From assembly GCF_009914755.1 (NCBI RefSeq), contig NC_060926.1: a stretch of 64,000 nucleotides of DNA; one strand, 5' to 3'. The stretch is from the human T2T-CHM13v2.0 reference genome, Homo sapiens. Positions 13,431-28,200 of the stretch are shown here, piece by piece (within the stretch, counting starts at the first letter, position 1; each line of letters begins with the position of its first letter). The position numbers and the translations under genes were made by a program. The notes beneath the pieces are model-generated. The model worked only from the letters and a program-made list of their open reading frames with translations. It was not told the origin of the DNA and made no database searches.

Positions 13431-16020
13431 TCTTCCACAAAACTGAAGAGAAAGGAAACTTCCTAACTCATTCTATGAGGCCAGCATCCCCATGATACCA
13501 AAACCAGACAAAGACACAATGACAACAACAAAAAAACTACAGGACAATATCCCTGATGAACACAGATAGATGCAAAAATCCTCAACAAAATACTAGCAAA
13601 CTGAATCCAACAGCACATCAAAAAGGATTTATACCTTCAAGAAGGATTTATACAATCAAGAAGGATTTATACCAGAAATCAATAAACATCATATATCACA
13701 TCAACAACAACAAAAAACTATATAATCACCTCGACAGACGCAGAAGATACATTTAATAAAATTCAAAGTCCTTTCGTTATAAAAACTCACCAATCTAGGC
13801 ATAGAAGGGACATACCCCCAAAATAATAAAGTCATATACAACAAATCCACAGCTCACTTCATAGTGAATAGAGAAAAGCTGAAAGAAAGCCTTTCCTTTA
13901 ATAACTGGAACAAGACAAGGACACCCAATTTCTCCATTCTTATTCAACATAGTACTAGTCCTGGAAGTTCCAGCCAGAGCAGTCAGACAATAGGAAAAAA
14001 TAAAAGGCATCCAAACCAGAAAGAGGCAGTGAAATTGTCCCTCTTTGCTGATATGATCTTATGTGTAGAAAACCTAAAGACTTTACCAAAAACCTCTATT
14101 AGATAAATGAATTCAGTAAAGTTGCAGGACACAAAATCAATGTACCAAAATTAGTAGTCTTTCTTTACACCAAGAATTATCTAGCCAAGAAAAAAAATCA
14201 AGAAAGCAATCCCATTTATAACTGCTACAAAAACAAACAAACAAACAAAAAACCCTAAGAATAAATTTAACTATTTGACCAAGGAAGTGAAAGATCTCTA
14301 CAAGGATAACTACAAAACACTGATAAAAGAGGTGTGAAGATAAAACAGACAGATGGAAAAACATCCCACACTTATGGATTGGAAGAATTAATATTGATAA
14401 AATGACCACATAGCCCAAAGCAGTCTACATATTAAATGCAATCCCTATCCAAATACCAATGTCATTCTTCACAGAATTAGAAAAAACAATTCTAAATTTA
14501 TATGGAACTAAAAAAGAGCCTAAATAGCCAAAACATTCCTAGGCAAAAACAATAAAGCTGGTGGCATCACACTATCTGATTTCAATACATATTACAAGTC
14601 TACAGTAAACAGAACAGCATGGTATTGGTATAAAAATTGGCATATAGATCAATGGAATAGAATTGAGAACCCAGAAATAAAGCCACATATTCATAGCCAA
14701 CTGGTCTTCAACAAAGCTGACAAGAACTTACATTGGGGAAAGGACATTCTCTTCAATAAATGATGCTGAGAAAACTGGATAGCTACAGGCAGAAAAATAA
14801 AACTAGATGACTATCTCTCAACATACACAAAAATCAAGACAAAATGGATTAAAGATTTAAACATAAGACCTGAAACTATAAAAATATTAGGAGTAAGCCT
14901 AGGAAAAACTCTCCTGGACACTGGCCAAGGCAAAAATTTATGGCTAAGACCTAAAAAGCACAAGCAATTAAAACAAAAATAGGACTTACTTAAACTAAAA
15001 AACTTCTACACAGCAAAAGAAATATTCAACAGTGTGAAGAGACAACCTGTTGAATGAGAGAAAATATCTGCAACCTATTCATCTGACAGGAGACTAATAT
15101 CCAGAATATACAAGGAACTCAAGCAACTCAACAGGAAAAAAGTAATAATCCTATTAAAAAGTAGGCAAAGGACATGAGTAGACATTTCTCAAAAGAAGAC
15201 ATGCAACAGGTCAACAGGTATGTGAAAAATGATGAACATCATCAAGCATCAGAGGAATGCAAAAAGCTACCTACCCCAGTCAGAATGGCTATTATTAAAA
15301 AGACAAAAAATAAGTGAAGTTGGCAAGGAAGCAGAGAAAAGGGAACTCCTATACACTATTGGTAGGAATGTAAACTAGTACAGCCACTAAAGAAAGCCCT
15401 ATGGAGATTTCTCAAAAAACTAAACATAGAATTACCATTTAATTGAGCATTCCCACTACTAGGTATCTACCTAGAGTAAAAACTCAATATCAAAGCAATA
15501 ACTGTACTGGCAGGTTTATTGCAGCACTACTTCACCATGGCAAAGATACGGAGTCAACTTAAGTGTTCATCAAGAGATGAATATATAAAGAAAATGTGGT
15601 GTATATTCACAATGAGATACTATTTGGTCATAAAAAAAGAATATGTCATTTGCAACAACATACATGGAACTGGAGGTCTCTCTCCAGGCACAAAAAGACA
15701 AATATTGCATGTTTTTACTTATATGTGGGAAGTAAAAAGTTTGATCACATGGAGGTGGACAGTTGAAAGATAACAAAGACTGGGAAGGGAGAGTGGGGGA
15801 GAGGGGAGGATGAACAGAAGTGGGTTACAGAGTACAAACATATGGTAAGATAGAAGGAATAAATTCAATGTTTGAAACCAGAGTAGGGCTATATACTTAA
15901 CAAGAATATACTGTAGTCAGTTCATGGACACACTAAATACAATGACTTGATCACTACGCAGTATATACATGTAACAAAATTTCACATATACCCCGTAAAT
16001 TTGTACAAATAAAAAATTTA
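13430..16020 (+). mobile_element. 5'-truncated L1MA/L1PB-type LINE-1 (RT region to 3' end)
   Basis: Better-preserved ORF2 remnants (VKLSLFADM, atcttatgtgtagaaaacctaaagac); 3' end gtaacaaaatttcacatataccccgtaaatttgtacaaataaaaaa; the 5' boundary is uncertain. Confidence 0.9.
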
Positions 16021-17245
16021 AAAAATATATGTCCAAGTGTGACTTATTTCGGGAATGAAAGGATAGTTAACATTAAAAAAGCAATCGATGTAATCCACCA
16101 TCATCACCATCTAATAGAGAAACAAACAAGCAAAGGTAAGATTATCTCTAGATGCAAAAAAAAGGATTTGATGACATCCAATATCCACTCCTGATAAAAC
16201 TCTCAGTGCACTAGGCATAAAAGGGAATTTCCTCAATCCGGTAAGGGACACATAAGAAAAATCTAAGCCCTAATGTCATGCTTAACAGTGAAAGACTAAA
16301 TGCTTTCCCTCTAAAATCAGGAAAAGGCAAAAACGTCTGCTCTTACTATTTCTATTCAACGTGATACTAGAGGAATTACCCCATGTAATAAGAAAATTAA
16401 AATAAATAAAAGGCATTGATATTGGAAAGGAAGAAGTAAAACTATTTCTATTTTGGCATGACATTATTAACTATGTAGAAAATCTGATAAAATCTACAAA
16501 AAAAAGTTATTTTTAAGTTACTTTAAAAATGCGAAACTGATGGATACAAGATAAAAATATAAAAGTTAATTGTATTTCCCTGTCCGGGCAAGGAACAGTC
16601 AGAAACTGAAAGTATCAAAGGAAACCATAACAGCATCAAAAAAAGGTAAATATTGAAGTATACATCAAACAAAAGATGTATTAAATATATCTTATACATC
16701 TTTTGTATATATTGATGTATATGTTAATGGAAATATATAGTATATTCATGGATCAGAAGATTCAATACTGTTAATACGTCGTGTCTCTTCAATTGAGTTA
16801 CCATTTCAAACCAATCCCATTCAAAATCTCAGAGGGCTTTTTTTTCCCCTAGGAAACTGACAACCTTATTCTAAAATTCAGCTGGAAATGCAAAGAACTT
16901 AGAATAGCCAAAGCAAAGTTAAAAAGAAAAAATTTGGGGGACTCACACTACCTGCCTTCAAGACTTATTATAACTAGAATAATCATCATCAGTGTAGTAT
17001 TGACATCAAAAAAGACAAATAGATCAACGGAACAGAATAAAGAGTTGAGAAACAGACACACACACACACACTCCATTGATTTTCAACAAAGTTCTAAAGG
17101 TAATTAAGTAGAGGCGACTAGCCTGAGAAAATATAGTTTTGTTCCAACATATGGTGCTGGAACAATTGGATATCTATATGTTAAAAAAAAAAATTTGGAT
17201 TCATACCTCCCACCATATATAAAAATGAATTCAAAATGGATCATA

Positions 17246-17337
17246 AATCTAAATGTAAAACCTAATTCTAAATTGTAAAACCTAAATCTAAATGTAAAAC
17301 CTAATTCTAAATTGTGAAAATCTAAATGTAAAACATC
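17246..17337. repeat. Short minisatellite (19/20-bp units) inside old L1
   Basis: Alternating aaatctaaatgtaaaacct / aattctaaattgtaaaacct units, about 5 copies. Confidence 0.8.
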
Positions 17338-18069
17338 TAGGAAAAACCTGGGAGAAAATGTGTATGGCCTTGGGTTATATAAAGGTTACTCAGATACAAT
17401 AATGTGATGTATAAAATAAAATGAATGAATGAATTGAACTTCATCAGAATTAAGAACTTATTTTCTTCAAAAGGTACTATTAAAGACAAGGCAAAGAATA
17501 GAGGAAAATGTTATACACATCTATCTAAAATTAGAAAAGATTGACCTTATCAAGTGCTGGTGAGGATGTGGAGAAACTAGAACTCTCATGTACTGCAGGT
17601 GGGAATGCAAAGTAATAGAACTGCTTTGGCAGACTTTGGTGATTTATTTAAAAAATAAAGACACAAATCTACCATATGATCCCGCTATTCCACTCCTAGG
17701 TATTTACCCAAGGGGAATGAAGGCATTATGACCATACAAAGACTTGCATGCAAATGTTCACAGTAACTTAATTGGTAATATTTAAAAACTAAAACTGACT
17801 CAAATGCTCATCAACACGTGGATAAACAAATTGTGGTATATCCATACAACGACATACTAATCAGCAATAAAAAAAAGAATGGACTATTAGACACCAAACA
17901 AAACTGGATCTAAAATAATTATGCTGAGTGAAAGAAGTCAGATAAAAAGAAGTGCATACTATATGTTTTTGTTTAGATGAAGTTATATATAAAAAAAACT
18001 AACTGATAGTGACAGAAAGCTTATCAGCAGTGCCAGAGAATGTGAATTGGGATAGAAGTAGGGAAGTGA

Positions 18070-18493
<424 letters not shown>

Positions 18494-18887
18494 AAAACTG
18501 TACATCTTATATGTAGTTTACTGTCTACCAATTTACCTCAATAAAGCTGTTAAAAACATAATCTAACAAAAGAATGTGGTTTTACATTGTATGAGGTTAA
18601 CAAAAGCAATAGTTTTAGTCATTTTGAACTGTTGGAAAAACAGAAAAGTTGAGAGTACAAGTTATTTTTCACACAACTAACCATATACTGGGGAAGGAGA
18701 AGGGAGTCTAAGTGATCTTGAGGTAGTAGTTTCCTAACCAAAACCCATATCTGCCACAAGATCCTAATTTTAGCCACTCATAGGTCATACAAATTCTTAT
18801 CACAAACATATTATATATCATAGGGCTTTATGGTACTTAAAGAACACTATCTATAAATAAAAGACAAGTTGAATAAATAAACTTTTG

Positions 18888-18889
<2 letters not shown>

Positions 18890-18929
<40 letters not shown>
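18890..18929. repeat. (GT)20 microsatellite
   Basis: Uninterrupted GT run. Confidence 0.95.
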
Positions 18930-18931
<2 letters not shown>

Positions 18932-20409
18932 GAAACACTGAGTATCTGGGGAAAACCACCAGGAATAAACAACATATGAAAGTCCTATTCTAGTAGCTAT
19001 TGGACATAAAGTGAAGAAAAATTATTTGGGACAGCAAGGAAAAAAATCAAGTTATTTATATGGTGGAAAAAATTACATGACCGCATTTTTCTTTAACACA
19101 TTCAACACTAGACAACATGAAGAGATTGATGAGAAAGCATGCTGGTCATAATGGATTTACAGGACTCTGAAATCTCGTGTTTTCAGAGATGATTTTTATC
19201 TATATGATTACTTTAGAAAGAGTTCTAAAGTTCTAAGATGAAGGAATAATGCATACAATCAAGAGCAGCAAAGGGAACTGCCTGGCTAAAGCCGAGATAC
19301 CCACAAATACTCTTGACATGAATACACCTGCTGTGACATAAAAGAGTAGCAAATTTTTAAAATCAAATGAACTTTTTTAAAAAGGTAGCAAACTTGAAGG
19401 TGTATACCCCATGAAGGGCTGACATTTGCAAAGCAATCAATCATCTTGGGAATTGGTGTTCTTATTGTTTCCAAAATGGGCTTCACTACCAAGTTAAGTG
19501 CAACCAAGTAATAACTAAAGTTAAAAAACAAACAAACAAACAAATCATACGACTGTATTATAATCGTAGAATATCCTGTCCTTCAGAATCCAAAACTTGG
19601 CTACACATGGTATATTTGGCTAATTCTCAAAATTAAATATACTTTTTAAAGAACAAAGTTCTGCTAATAACTACTGACATAAAAATAAGTTACATGGACC
19701 TGAAAGTAGTTAGTAAACAAGAGCTGCAGAAGGGTCAGGGGAGTTGTTATCATGGATGAAGAAAGTCAGTGGATTGCTCTAAGGGAAGCAATATTTATGT
19801 GGATATGTTGGTGTGTGTGTTACTGTCCATCCTTTATATCCAGTACCCTACCCAGTGCTTGGTACACAACCTACACTCTACTAATCTTTGAAATGGTGAA
19901 TATATATACACATTTATAAGCAGGATATTATTTTAGAATGCAATGTAATTATCTTATTTGAGAAGGCATGACCAATCTCCAAACAAGGTTTAAAGGATGT
20001 TTCCCATTTCAAGTGTAGAGCCATAATCTCTCAAAATATCCTAAAATGTTAGTAAGAAATGGTGATGATCTACGTTGTAATTCATATCTCAATGAGTTAA
20101 GAAACATCGGGACTGTACAATGGTAACTTTTGATCAATTATACAATAAACTGCGCATTAAATGTCAAGATGTGATTTTGGTTTAGTTTTTCAAAAAACAG
20201 ATTAAGAAAATATTAGAGAAGTGAGAAGAGCTTTGCAAGTAAGGAAATACTTTTTGATCAATAATCAAACAATTAAACATTACAAATTCAGTTAACTAAT
20301 TTGGAATTTCAGATAATGTAGCCTGATAATAGGTTGAAATTTATCTTCTCGGTATTTACATTAAAATGGGAAAATACTAAGCAAATATATTTGTCATTCA
20401 TTCACTCAC

Positions 20410-20774
20410 TGGTATTAGTCCGTTCTCATACTGCTACGAAGAAATATCCAAGACTGAGTAATTTCTTTTAAGAAGAGGTTTAATTGACTCACAGTTCCAC
20501 TTAACCGGGGAGGCCTCAGGAAACTTATAATCATGGCAGAAGGCACTTCTTCACAGCACAGCAGGAGGGAGAATAAGTGCAAGCAGGGGAAATACCAGAC
20601 ACATATATAACCATCAGATCTCATGAAACTCACTCATTATCACAAGAACAGCATGAGTGAAACCACCCCCGTGATTCAATGATCTTCACCTGGTCCTGCC
20701 CTTGACATGTGAAGATTATGGAGATTACAGTTCAAGGTGAGATTTGGGTGGGGACACACAGCCAAACCATATCA
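20410..20774 (-). mobile_element. THE1 (THE1C/D-like) MaLR solo LTR
   Basis: gtattagtccgttctcatactgct...gagatttgggtggggacacacagccaaaccatatca is the reverse of the THE1 consensus termini; about 365 bp; approximate 5-bp TSD ctcac/ttcac. Confidence 0.92.
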
Positions 20775-21469
20775 TTCACCATATTAACCCAAAGTATATA
20801 TCGAAACAAATGAACAGCAAACAGAATGTCAATGAATTATTCATAATTTTAAGAGTCAAAGTTGCCCCTTGGCAAGATGAACTGGGTGCATGAGACATAG
20901 TGGGGCAGTCTCGTTCTCATAATATTTTGGTGGAAATTTTTTACCCTTGAGGACAGGATCACATCTTATTCACTTTGTAAACCTAGCACCTAGTATGACA
21001 CAGCACAACAGTCATCCAATGATGCTGTGCATGTGGCTTTCCCCACTCTCCCACAACACTACCTTCCATACTCCCAAAAGTTAAACTCCTTTTTAAAAGC
21101 CCCAGCCCCTTTACTTCAGATGCTTGTCATTCTCCCCTATCCTTCCCTATCTAGCTTTCCCATGTCCTACTCAGGGTGAATTATTTTCACCTTCTCCTAT
21201 ATTTCCAATGAAACTTGTTTGTTTCTCTACACTTGTCTTGCCCAGTCTCACTTTTATATGTCCATTACATTAGAAATTCTTAAAACAGAATTTTATTTAG
21301 TATTGCATTTTTTATAATACCATGAACATTCTTGGCACATAGTAGGGACTCTGTAAGTATGCACTGAATTGTCTAACTGAATTCAACACATACTTATTTG
21401 CACACCTATATTCTCACACACAGCACACTCTAAGTCATTCTAATGAGCTACTTTAGGAGGTTGGTCTCA

Positions 21470-21690
21470 ATAATAATAAACAATAATAAAGTTAAACCAT
21501 ATTTATTGAGTGCCTAGCACCTGCCACACAATCTGTTAGATGCATCATGACATCATTTTAATCCTTGTCATAACTCCTATCTCTTGAAAATGAGGAAATC
21601 AAGACTCAGAAAAATTAGGTATAATACCCAGAGGGAAAACGCTGGTATGCTTTTGAGCATAGATTCAAATCTAGGTATTCCTGGTTAAAA
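21470..21690 (-). mobile_element. MIR SINE
   Basis: aataataaag...atttattgagtgcct...catttaatcct...atgaggaaatcaagactcaga...gattcaaatctagg. Confidence 0.75.
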
Positions 21691-24450
21691 AGATCTTAAA
21701 TCTGATTCCTTATATATTTTCCTTTTAATTTCTTTCCCTCCCACTTCCGCCAGCATTGCAATTATGAAATCAATCTATTGCTCGGTTTTATGGTTTTTCT
21801 AATTTAATCTATTTTCAAGATTCTAGGCTACCTATAATGCTTTATTAATATTAAAGATAGTCTAAGGATTTTGCCTACTCTGATATTTTTAAACCAATCT
21901 CCAACCAAATAACTTGTGTTACATACACAAGTTTCAGAATGTGGTAGAAGTACTTGGAATAAAATGTCACTCTCCCTTGAAGCAGTCTGAAATACATAAA
22001 AATCTTATACAAGCAAAACCAGAACCTCAAAAGCTCAATCTACACAAGAACAAGATACTCTCTAAAACAAACTCTCTCAGCCCTTTCTTTGTGACAAACT
22101 CCATTATTATAGATGTTTGTAAAATTTCCCATTCTTGAAGAATATTTCTTTGCTTTAAATAACAGATCTTTTGAACAGAGGAGTCATAACTAATGGATTA
22201 TAATATTTCTACCTTTAAAATTTGAATTTCTTATGAGTAAAACAAACCACAAATGAAAGTACTTGTACTAAGCACACTGAATCCTTTTTCTTCTATTAGC
22301 ATATTGGTCTACAATCATATCTAGATCAATAGTGAAGATATCCACTTAAAAGAGAGCCACGCTTTCTTTTGTCAGAAATTCATTACTTTTTATTAGGGTC
22401 ATTGCTTGAAAACTTCAAAACACCATATGGACCTAATTGTGGTTTATTTTGGCAAAAAGGAAGACACTGTAGAACAATTGAGGCATTACATTCTACAATT
22501 CCATTACTTTCATCCCTCTCAGTTTTATTACTGTGTCATTAAAGGCAACTTGAGTGAGTGAAGAATTATAGTGTCATGTGTACAGGCTAGTAGATTAATA
22601 ACAAAACACACTCAAGTTTAAAGGTATCTAACAGCTGTTTTCATTATTTTGTGTAAATACGCTTGAAGCATATCTATCTGATTAGTGGAGAGAGTGCTCT
22701 TCTCTGTCACATGCCATGGGCACTGCTATGTGCAAGCAATCAAAGTGCTCAGAAAATGAGTTTACATTGTTCACTGCTGAAATACACAAATGTCAGAGAG
22801 TGACTGCGCATCAAAGCTTAGTCAAATCATCTGCTGTAAACAAACAGATTCCAATGCACATTTCAGTTTAAAACATTCCACAGCAGTGCACTGACTGAGT
22901 TGGACTTATTGTCGGCCAAAATGAAGTGATGTGCAGAGAATAGTAAGTTTCTTTAGAGAGAATAAACGAATTCAAAATCAGTTTTGTTCATACAGATACA
23001 TAATCATCTATATAATTTCCAATACAGCCAACATCTAAAGTTGTATTATTTTATCCTAGGAATATGAATTACCTTTTACATGCTTTTAAGTGTGAATTGA
23101 TAAGGAAATATGCCACTTGTTCTTATTTTAGCCCTATACACACATACAATCCACACATTACTTGAGATTTCTAATGCAATGATTCCTAATTCTATGCTCA
23201 CAGGATTTTCCTTTCTCTGTTCACAGTATTATGTTCTATCTGCTAACACATTTACTTCGAATTCCAATACTCAAATTACTTACTACTTAAAGCATTTCAA
23301 AAATATTTATTCCCATTCATCCACCCTTGTTCTTCTACAGATTCTCTTCACTTGACCTCTGGTATTCTTTAACCATAGAAATACTTGACTCCTACTCCAT
23401 GAGGAGTTGACAGGTTCAGCTACTGCAGTTACTGACCACTCAGTGGGGGTTTTCACTTCATCACCCTCTTTCTGCTTAACTGTCTCTGTGGTTTCTTGTC
23501 CCCAGTGTGTCTGTTTGAGTTTGAAGTTCCAACTCACGCACTTGTTTTCAAACCTATTCGGAATTCCTCCCATCACTGAGGGCTGGAGGGTGGGAAGGGG
23601 AGGGAACGATCTTGATGTCATACACATGTGCAACCACTGCAATAATATAGGTGCTGAATACTCTCAATAGGGTGATGAGTGCAACTTCCTTCTGGTTTTA
23701 AAAATACTCTCCCCACTGCCCCCAGCTTTAAGTCCTCTGTCAAGAAACTCTGATTTTGACATATCTGGCTTCCTCAGCAATGCTTTTAAACCACTTTATG
23801 CTTGCTCCTCCAGTCACAGAAACACTTGTTTCAAATTTGTCTGTCTACCTCTTCCAAGTTCCTCATCTTTTCCTTCAATTTCATCCACTTGGTCTTTGGG
23901 GATGTTTACACTGAAGCTTATATTTCAAGACTCTCTAGTTTTCTCTCAAGCATCTCTAAGTCCTCCATGCGGTCTGAAGGCTTGCCTTGTCATCTGTATA
24001 CTCTGTCTCTCTGCACTTCAGTTTCCTTCCTCTCTGACAAGAAGCTGCAGCACTCACAAGGCTGAGGCTCTAGTAGCACTAATGTGAGCCAGACCTGGCT
24101 GCGGAGGTGCTATGTAAGCTTCTCCACACTGAATTGACAATGAGTTTCTACACTGACCTTCAAGTTCCAAGTTTATTCTGAGGCATTCTGTAAGCAAGGC
24201 TCACAACCAATACGTCAAAATTTTCAGTTAAGGGTCCAAGCTAGGTTTTCAAAAGTTTAGACAGTAATTACATAAGCCACACCCAATACTTCCATGTCAC
24301 CTTTCGAAGAGATAAACCTCATTTGTTAATGTGCTAACATAGCTCAACAATGTGAGTAAAGTACATAGAAGGACGCTGATTCTATCCAGGTTCAATCTAA
24401 CCATACATTTGCCAACTGTTTTTTAAAGTTCCTTTAACAGTAAGGAGTCA

Positions 24451-24814
<364 letters not shown>

Positions 24815-26868
24815 TTAACATAAACAAGATAGATGATGAGGAGAAATTACAACCTATTTCTCTTAGAAAAAAAAAAAAAAACTGACTTAAGCTGAGTGCT
24901 AAGCCAAGCTTAGTGATGGTGCTACAGCTCCGCACTGATTTCCCTTTCCAGTGTTTTACACATTGCTTGCTCCCTAATAATATTTACTGAAAATCAAGAA
25001 AGGAGTGATGTTGATGCTGTAGAGTGTTAAAAAGGCATCAAAGACAGAATCTCCATATATAAGCACCTAACAATCAAATGGCTGAATATACATAAGTCAA
25101 CTGACAATAGGCATGCATATACATGACATATGCATCTGCATTTATAATTCTATATTTAATTTAAAAGCTTCCCCTATACATCTGTCTGGGACAGCAGTAA
25201 AGTAAGCAATGGAGACATAAAACAAAGACAGTATCTCACCACAATGTATCATATAAAATAAATGACTCAGTAGTCTAATACAAGTGATATTATTCACAAC
25301 ACTTTTTGAAGAGTATGGTACTTTTCAAAAACCAGTAAGTACTGTTTTTCTTAAAGATGCAAATGTAGTAAATAGAAGACAGAATGTTATTCTAGATCTA
25401 AGTAGGAAGAGAGTTGGAAAACAACAGGGATAAAAGATGCAAAGTCTTATAATCAAAAAGGAGAGTCATGTACTCTCTGTCCAGAGTAACGAAAGGACTA
25501 GGGTATGAGGGAAAAACAAGTATTCAAGCAAGGAAATGTGGGTTGTTTTTTCCACTACTGATAACGCACTGGACACCTGAATAAACTTGGCAGACTGCAT
25601 TTCAAGCCGTAATTGTGTACGTCTCCTTCTTTCCACATTGTATGCTTCATTAAATCTTCCATGTATCCTGTACCTTGATCTTCCTCAAGCCCTTTCCACA
25701 TCAAAACTCACCAAAATGGTCTAGCTCCTTATTTCCAGTTGGAATTTCCTCTCTGGTTGGGGTACACTTCTGTGACCACATCTTTTAAGCTGCATCTTAT
25801 GATTCTTCAATAAAAATAGACTCAATTCCCTTCAAGGAAACTGGTACCAGAAACATTTCTGCCTCACAGAATCTATCACCTACAGGTAGGAATGTTCTGC
25901 TCTCTTAAGAGCTTTGTAAACTAGAACATGGTATACAAGTGTAAGCCGTGACTCAGCTGCTGTTATTAGTCACTTTACCCTTCAGAGTTGCTTATATCTA
26001 AAATAGTCTGTCTCACTCTTAACGTCGTGTGTAGAGAGCAAGTGGAATGCGAGTTTAACATATTTTATGCAGCACCTGGTACACCACATGCAAAAAGGCT
26101 TGTTGCTGATGACGCTAATGCTCCCTGAAATTAAAGTCTATCTTCTCATGATCACATAATAACTGGCAATCACCTTGAAATGGGAGTGTATTAAGCTCTA
26201 TAAAACACAGCTAGTACTTCTGGCCCAAGTTCTGCTCTCAGTGAAACTAGAGAGCAGCAGCTCAGTGCTCCCCTCAGAATACACGTGTTTCAAAGCATTT
26301 AACCTTTCCATCATTCCCAAGAATATTCACAGTTACACCAGCCAGATTATTCAAATGACTCACCAAGTTTTCTTGCTTGTGTATGCCACTCAAATAAGAA
26401 AGATTAAATACAGCCCTGTTCACAGTAAATTAAGTAACACTAGAATAAGCATAGAAAAATGATTTATTCTTGATTCTTGTAAGTCATATACATCACCAAA
26501 TCACTTTGGCTGTTATTCAACTAATAATTGAATTGAATTGGGGCTAAAATAACCATTGGAACTTAAATTTTCTTCCTTATACAGGAAGTTCCTGAAATTC
26601 CTCCTCCTCTAAAATACACATTTTAGAAACAGGATAATATCCAATGTTATCAATATATTCTGAATTTATACTTGGAGACATCCAGTATTAATCTTACTGA
26701 TTTCTATATGCACATCGTGTTGACTTACTTATACAGGTAGGCTATCAGAGAATTAATTAGACATGAACTTAGAAATTAACTTGCTTAATGTCTCATCTAT
26801 TCAGGAATTCCTTGAAAAGACTTGGCTACAATATTTCACATACTGATTGCTAATTCACTTTCATTTAG

Positions 26869-27187
<319 letters not shown>

Positions 27188-27405
27188 CATTTAGTCTTCT
27201 TTCTGTGAAAGGGTGCAAAGAATATTTGCAACAGGGGAGTTCAAGACATTTTCCAAAGTTTTATTCAGGAGTTGCCAAATCAGGTGAAATGTGACATCTC
27301 CCCCACCTCTAAATCCCATGGACCTTTGTACCTTAGCCACCTCTGACACAAGAATCTCTACAACTTGATCAGTAATATCCAACATATTTATTCAAATCAT
27401 GTCTA

Positions 27406-27437
<32 letters not shown>

Positions 27438-27964
27438 TACTTTACTGTGAAATGTATCTAATTGTTAAAAAGATAGCCTTATAGTGAAATGATATGCTTA
27501 CCCCACGCTTCTCATGTTCATGTTAGGATTCTTTACTTGGGAACAAGACCACACATTTATACTCACACTGGCACATAACAATCTTTCAAACTCCAAGGTT
27601 CTATGATTCTATAATGTGAATACAGCTATTCTGCCTCCCCACAGAATTCTCCAGGTTAAGTACCTCAAGACTCTTCAAGTATGTTTAGAAGTTTTGTTTT
27701 ACACATATAAATAAATATATATAATATCAATAAATGTTATATATATATTCCCTTTTTGAATGTAAAAATTAACATTATTCTGTCAAATACCATTTTATAC
27801 ATTTCAGCCACTACCTTGGTCTGTCAAAATAAACATTTTGGTTTTGAAATGTCATGCTTATCACTCATTATTCTTTCAATCATCTTTTGTTCTGTGTCAT
27901 TCAAAATTCTAGGACATTTGCTTCAGGTTTTTGTTTATGGCACCCCACCAGACTGAAAGAAGGA

Positions 27965-28200
27965 AAGTTTCTTGAGCATCTACCATATGTGAAGCACCTT
28001 GATTAGTACCTCACACTTACTGTTTCCCATAATTTAATTCTCACAAAACCCCTTGTGATCACCTAGTTTATAACTGAGGAAATAAACAATACTAAGTGAG
28101 ACTTAAACAACTGAGTAACTGGCTCAATGGTCTGGTAAATGACAGAGCTTGGTCTTTAAATAAAGTTTCTCTGAATCCAGAGCTATGTTTTTTCCATTAC
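27965..28200 (-). mobile_element. MIR SINE
   Basis: ttgagcatctaccatatgtg...tttaattctcacaaaaccc...ctgaggaaat...gtaaatgacagagc. Confidence 0.65.

Noticed and set aside
13621-17337. Short direct-repeat arrays as CRISPR-like structures
   Set aside because: The units are tandem without unique spacers, derive from L1, and sit in primate DNA with no cas genes
23307-23420. WSRSQVFLWL resembles the start of a SAM domain (W-S/T-x3-V-x2-W-L)
   Set aside because: The rest of the domain pattern is absent and the frame stops soon after; probably chance
25705-25880. Minus-strand frame MWSQKCTPTREEIPTGNKELDHF ending at a TTG|GTGAGT donor
   Set aside because: No convincing acceptor or promoter, and no recognisable protein; such donors occur by chance
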